This document shows, one piece after another, positions 34,749-37,723 of a DNA stretch of 37,723 nucleotides. The number at the start of each line of letters is the position of its first letter. The first letter of the stretch is position 1. The stretch covers positions 1 through 37,723 of the forward strand of contig CAPNGW010000002.1 of assembly GCA_948665105.1 (NCBI GenBank). The letters are read 5' to 3'. Both the position numbers and the translations under genes were made by a program. The notes below the pieces were generated by a model. That model was not told the origin of the DNA and did not search any database. It saw only the letters and a list, made by a program, of their open reading frames with translations. This stretch comes from an uncultured Lachnospiraceae bacterium (lineage in GTDB: Bacteria; Bacillota; Clostridia; Lachnospirales; Lachnospiraceae).

Positions 34749-36392
34749 ATGCAAAAAACAGTTGTGATGAAAAAAAGGCAGTACTATCGCGCGTCAGGCG
34801 GACTGAAGCTGTTGCTGGGATTCATATTTGTCATATTGGTGATATTTCCGCTGGTGCGGATGCTGGCTTACATCGACGGCGGGAGCCTTAGCAAGGTAGT
34901 GGCCAGTACAAGCTTTCCCCAGGCGGTAAAAAATTCCGTTCTCGTGGCTTTGACAGCCACGGCTATTACATTGGTTATCGCCTATGCTCTGGCCATGTGT
35001 GTGGAACGCTCCGGTATCCGGTGGAAGAATATGTGGAATCTGGTTCTGGTGCTGCCTATGCTGATTCCCTCCATCTCCCATGGCATGGGCTTGATTGTGC
35101 TATTGGGAAACAATGGCCTCCTTACCCGGCTTTTCAATCTGGATGGAAATATTTATGGTATGTGGGGTATTGTCACAGGCTCTGTGATGTATGCATTCCC
35201 GGTGGCCTTCCTTATGATGAAGGATGTTTTGAAATATGAGGATCGCTCCCCCTATGAAGCGGCGGCGGTTCTTGGAATCCCCCGGTGGCGGCAGTTTACA
35301 GCAATCACCCTTCCCTATCTGCGAAAGCCCTTAATTTCTGTGGTGTTTGCGGTATTTACCCTTGTAGTGACGGATTACGGCGTACCGCTGATGGTGGGTG
35401 GGAAATTCTCCACCATTCCGGTTCTGATGTATCAGGAGGTAATCGGCCAGCTGGATTTCGGGCGTGGGGCCGTTTACGGCGTCGTCCTTTTGATTCCTGC
35501 CGTGGTGGCCTTTGTCTTTGACCTTATGAACAAGGACCGGGGAAATTCCACCTATGTGACCCGGAGCTTTGAAGCCTCCACAAATAAGGTCTTTCACCTT
35601 GCTTCTTACCTGTACTGTGGGCTGGTATCATTGTGCGTTCTGTTTCCCATTGTATCCTTTATACTTTTGGGATTTGCCAGAAATTATCCCATTGATTTGG
35701 CATTTACCGTGAAAAATATGGAGCAGGCCCTTAACATGAACGCCGGGCGGTATTTAATGAACTCAATTCTGATTGCGGTACTGGTTTCTGTGCTGGGTGT
35801 GGTAATTTCTTTTATCACAGCTTATTTTACAGCCCGAATGAAGTCAAAAGCATCCAGGCTTTTGCACCTGATTGCCATCACCTCCGCGGCGATTCCCGGC
35901 ATTGTTCTGGGCCTTTCCTATGTGATTGTGTTTAAGGGAAGCTTTATTTACGGGACCATTGCCATTTTAATTATGGTGAATATGATTCACTTTTTTGCTT
36001 CGCCGTATCTGATGATGTACAATTCCTTAAACAAAATCAACGGCAATCTGGAAGCGGTGGGCAAGACCCTGGGAATAGGCAGGCTCCGTATGATTAAGGA
36101 TGTGTTTATCCCTCAAAGTGTTGCAACCCTCTGGGAAATGGCATCATACTTTTTTGTCAACTGTATGATGACGATTTCTGCCGTTTCCTTTTTGGCCACC
36201 ACAGCCAACAAGCCGGTGGCACTGATGATTAATCAGTTTGAGGCCCAGACCCAGCTGGAATGTGCGGCGGTTGTGTCCCTGGCTATTTTGCTGGTGAATC
36301 TTTTGTTCAAATTACTGGTGTACTGGATGAAGAAAATTTTAACTGGGAAAAAAAGTAAAAATACCACGGTAGTAAAGGAAGGATGCGCATGA
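34749..36392 (+). CDS. ABC transporter permease with two fused transmembrane domains (FbpB/ThiP-like)
   Basis: About 547 aa with roughly 12 TM helices in two repeated halves. ATG 34749 follows a GGTGAGGG RBS; the tracked start at 34743 is TTG. Confidence 0.85.
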   Translation: MQKTVVMKKRQYYRASGGLKLLLGFIFVILVIFPLVRMLAYIDGGSLSKVVASTSFPQAVKNSVLVALTATAITLVIAYALAMCVERSGIRWKNMWNLVLVLPMLIPSISHGMGLIVLLGNNGLLTRLFNLDGNIYGMWGIVTGSVMYAFPVAFLMMKDVLKYEDRSPYEAAAVLGIPRWRQFTAITLPYLRKPLISVVFAVFTLVVTDYGVPLMVGGKFSTIPVLMYQEVIGQLDFGRGAVYGVVLLIPAVVAFVFDLMNKDRGNSTYVTRSFEASTNKVFHLASYLYCGLVSLCVLFPIVSFILLGFARNYPIDLAFTVKNMEQALNMNAGRYLMNSILIAVLVSVLGVVISFITAYFTARMKSKASRLLHLIAITSAAIPGIVLGLSYVIVFKGSFIYGTIAILIMVNMIHFFASPYLMMYNSLNKINGNLEAVGKTLGIGRLRMIKDVFIPQSVATLWEMASYFFVNCMMTISAVSFLATTANKPVALMINQFEAQTQLECAAVVSLAILLVNLLFKLLVYWMKKILTGKKSKNTTVVKEGCA

Positions 36393-37276
36393 TTACGAAG
36401 AAGCAGTTTGATGTACTTGAGTTTTTGACGGAGCACTCCGGGAAGGTTTCTCAGAGAAGCATTGCCCAGGGGACGGGGCTGTCTGTGGGAGCAGTGAACA
36501 AGCTTATGGCGGAGCTTTCCGAGATGGATTGTGTTGCCGATGGAATCATTACAGAACAGGGATACAATGTGCTAAAGCCATGCCGTGTCAAGCGAGCCAT
36601 ATTTATTGCCGCCGGGTTTGGCTCCCGGCTTGCCCCCATTACTTTCAACACCCCTAAGCCCCTGGTGCGGGTGAAGGGGCAGCGGATTATTGATGCCCTC
36701 ATCGACGCGGTGCTGGCCCAGGGAATCAATGAAATTTATGTGGTCCGGGGCTATCTGGGGGAGCAGTTTGACCAGCTTTTGTATAAGTATCCCATGATTA
36801 AATTTATTGAGAACCCCGTATACAATGAGGCCAACAATATATCTTCCATGTATTGCGCCAGCTATCTTTTGAAGAATGCGTATGTTCTGGAGGGGGACCT
36901 TCTTTTGTACAACTCCGCCCTGATTAAAAAGTATCAGTACATGTCCAACTATCTGGGGGTTCCGGTGGAGAAGACCGATGACTGGTGCTTCCATACGACA
37001 GGGGGGTATATTTCCAACCTCACCATCGGCGGGGTGAATTGTTACCATATGTTTGGGATTTCCTATTGGACCGAGGAGGATGGAGCCAGACTGGTTGAGG
37101 ATATCAGGGAGGTCTATCATGCCCCCGGCGGGAAGGAGCGCTACTGGGACCAGGTGGCTTTGGAGTATCACGCAGACCATTATAAGGTGGCTGTGCGGGA
37201 GTGCACCTTTGAGGATATTGTGGAGATTGATACCTTTAATGAATTAAAGGAAATTGACAAGACCTATGATATGTAG
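36389..37276 (+). CDS. Winged-helix domain fused to a LicC-like nucleotidyltransferase (phospho-base cytidylyltransferase family)
   Basis: ATG 36389 overlaps the permease TGA (ATGA); ATG 36383 is an alternative. The N-terminal 65 aa or so look HTH-like (FDVLEFLTEHSGKVSQRSIAQGTGLSVGAVNKLM). They are followed by AIFIAAGFGSRLAPITFNTPKPLV, the NTP-transferase G-x-G-x-R-L signature, and a LicC-like body. Confidence 0.8.
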   Translation: MITKKQFDVLEFLTEHSGKVSQRSIAQGTGLSVGAVNKLMAELSEMDCVADGIITEQGYNVLKPCRVKRAIFIAAGFGSRLAPITFNTPKPLVRVKGQRIIDALIDAVLAQGINEIYVVRGYLGEQFDQLLYKYPMIKFIENPVYNEANNISSMYCASYLLKNAYVLEGDLLLYNSALIKKYQYMSNYLGVPVEKTDDWCFHTTGGYISNLTIGGVNCYHMFGISYWTEEDGARLVEDIREVYHAPGGKERYWDQVALEYHADHYKVAVRECTFEDIVEIDTFNELKEIDKTYDM

Positions 37277-37359
37277 TTATACTGAGAGTAGCTTATAACG
37301 GAAAAAGCTATTTGAAGCAGGACACATACAATAACATCACATAATTCAAGGGGGGAATT

Positions 37360-37723
37360 ATGATGTCGTACGGGTTTGAAGCAAAGGAACACAGCAGTGG
37401 AAAAATGAAAAGTAGCATTTACAATGCCGGTGTGAGGCCGTATCTTGTAAAAGAAGGTACGGATTTGTCACCGGCATCGTTCTATGAACAGAAAGCGCAA
37501 GCCGATGTGAAACAGAACAGGGACATACTGCCTGTGCTAACCAAGGACAGTCTATACTGGCAAGGGGAAGGACCCAGCTCCTGGCGGGGAAAGAGGTCGC
37601 TGCGAAACGAGCCGGCCTGGGAAAGTGTGGGCACTTTCGATGAGGTGGAGGTGCTGGCCCATATAAAAGTACACAGGAATTCTTTGGAGCCTCAGAAATT
37701 TGGCGCGGATGCCATTGCCAAGG
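37360..37723 (+). CDS. Hypothetical protein (5' part, runs off the window end)
   Basis: ATG 37360 follows the AAGGGGGGAA RBS, and the frame stays open for 121 codons to the window edge (MMSYGFEAKEHSSGKMKSSIYNAGVRPYL...). No family is recognised. Confidence 0.55.
   Translation, partial: MMSYGFEAKEHSSGKMKSSIYNAGVRPYLVKEGTDLSPASFYEQKAQADVKQNRDILPVLTKDSLYWQGEGPSSWRGKRSLRNEPAWESVGTFDEVEVLAHIKVHRNSLEPQKFGADAIAK

Noticed and set aside
1-37723. Scan for CRISPR arrays, tRNA or rRNA genes, transposases, integrases, phage genes, toxin-antitoxin pairs and defence systems.
   Set aside because: By eye I noticed no direct-repeat/spacer periodicity, no cloverleaf-like or rRNA-like segments, and no ORFs with recombinase, transposase or nuclease hallmarks. 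Every sizeable ORF fits polysaccharide synthesis or transport.

Overview
Almost the whole window is one co-directional (+ strand) Wzx/Wzy-type polysaccharide (capsule/EPS-like) operon of about 32.4 kb. It runs from a promoter-like site at 262-290 and first gene at 345 to a terminator palindrome at 32835-32876. An ABC importer and a wHTH-LicC-like nucleotidyltransferase operon (32958-37276) follow. Protein flavour and ATGA-type gene overlaps suggest a Clostridia/Lachnospiraceae-like Firmicute; this is inference, as no search was run. The core genes are an initiating phosphoglycosyltransferase, three GT4 glycosyltransferases, a TviB/TviC-like pair for UDP-(Glc/Gal)NAcA and FnlA/B/C (CapE/F/G) for UDP-L-FucNAc. 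There are also a pyruvyl transferase, an FrhB-like Fe-S protein, two hexapeptide acyltransferases, Wzx, Wzy and a Wzz-like protein with a degenerate kinase-like tail. The unusual part is a very large extracytoplasmic acylation toolkit. It has three MBOAT (DltB/AlgI-like) paralogs, each ending in F-x-Y-x-x-F-stop. It also has two membrane-anchored DltD/SGNH-like candidates and two dedicated carrier proteins. Each carrier has its own adenylating enzyme: one DltA-like (amino acid type), one acyl-AMP ligase type. These form A-CP-MBOAT and MBOAT-CP-A modules around a GNAT and a 604-aa polytopic membrane protein. Five G8-G10 homopolymer tracts lie on the coding strand inside modification genes. Two MBOATs are frameshifted exactly at G9 tracts, and one extra G restores each. 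This suggests combinatorial phase-variable decoration, or alternatively homopolymer sequencing error. I saw no tRNA, rRNA, CRISPR, transposase or integrase. All functional calls rest on motif and family recognition by eye.
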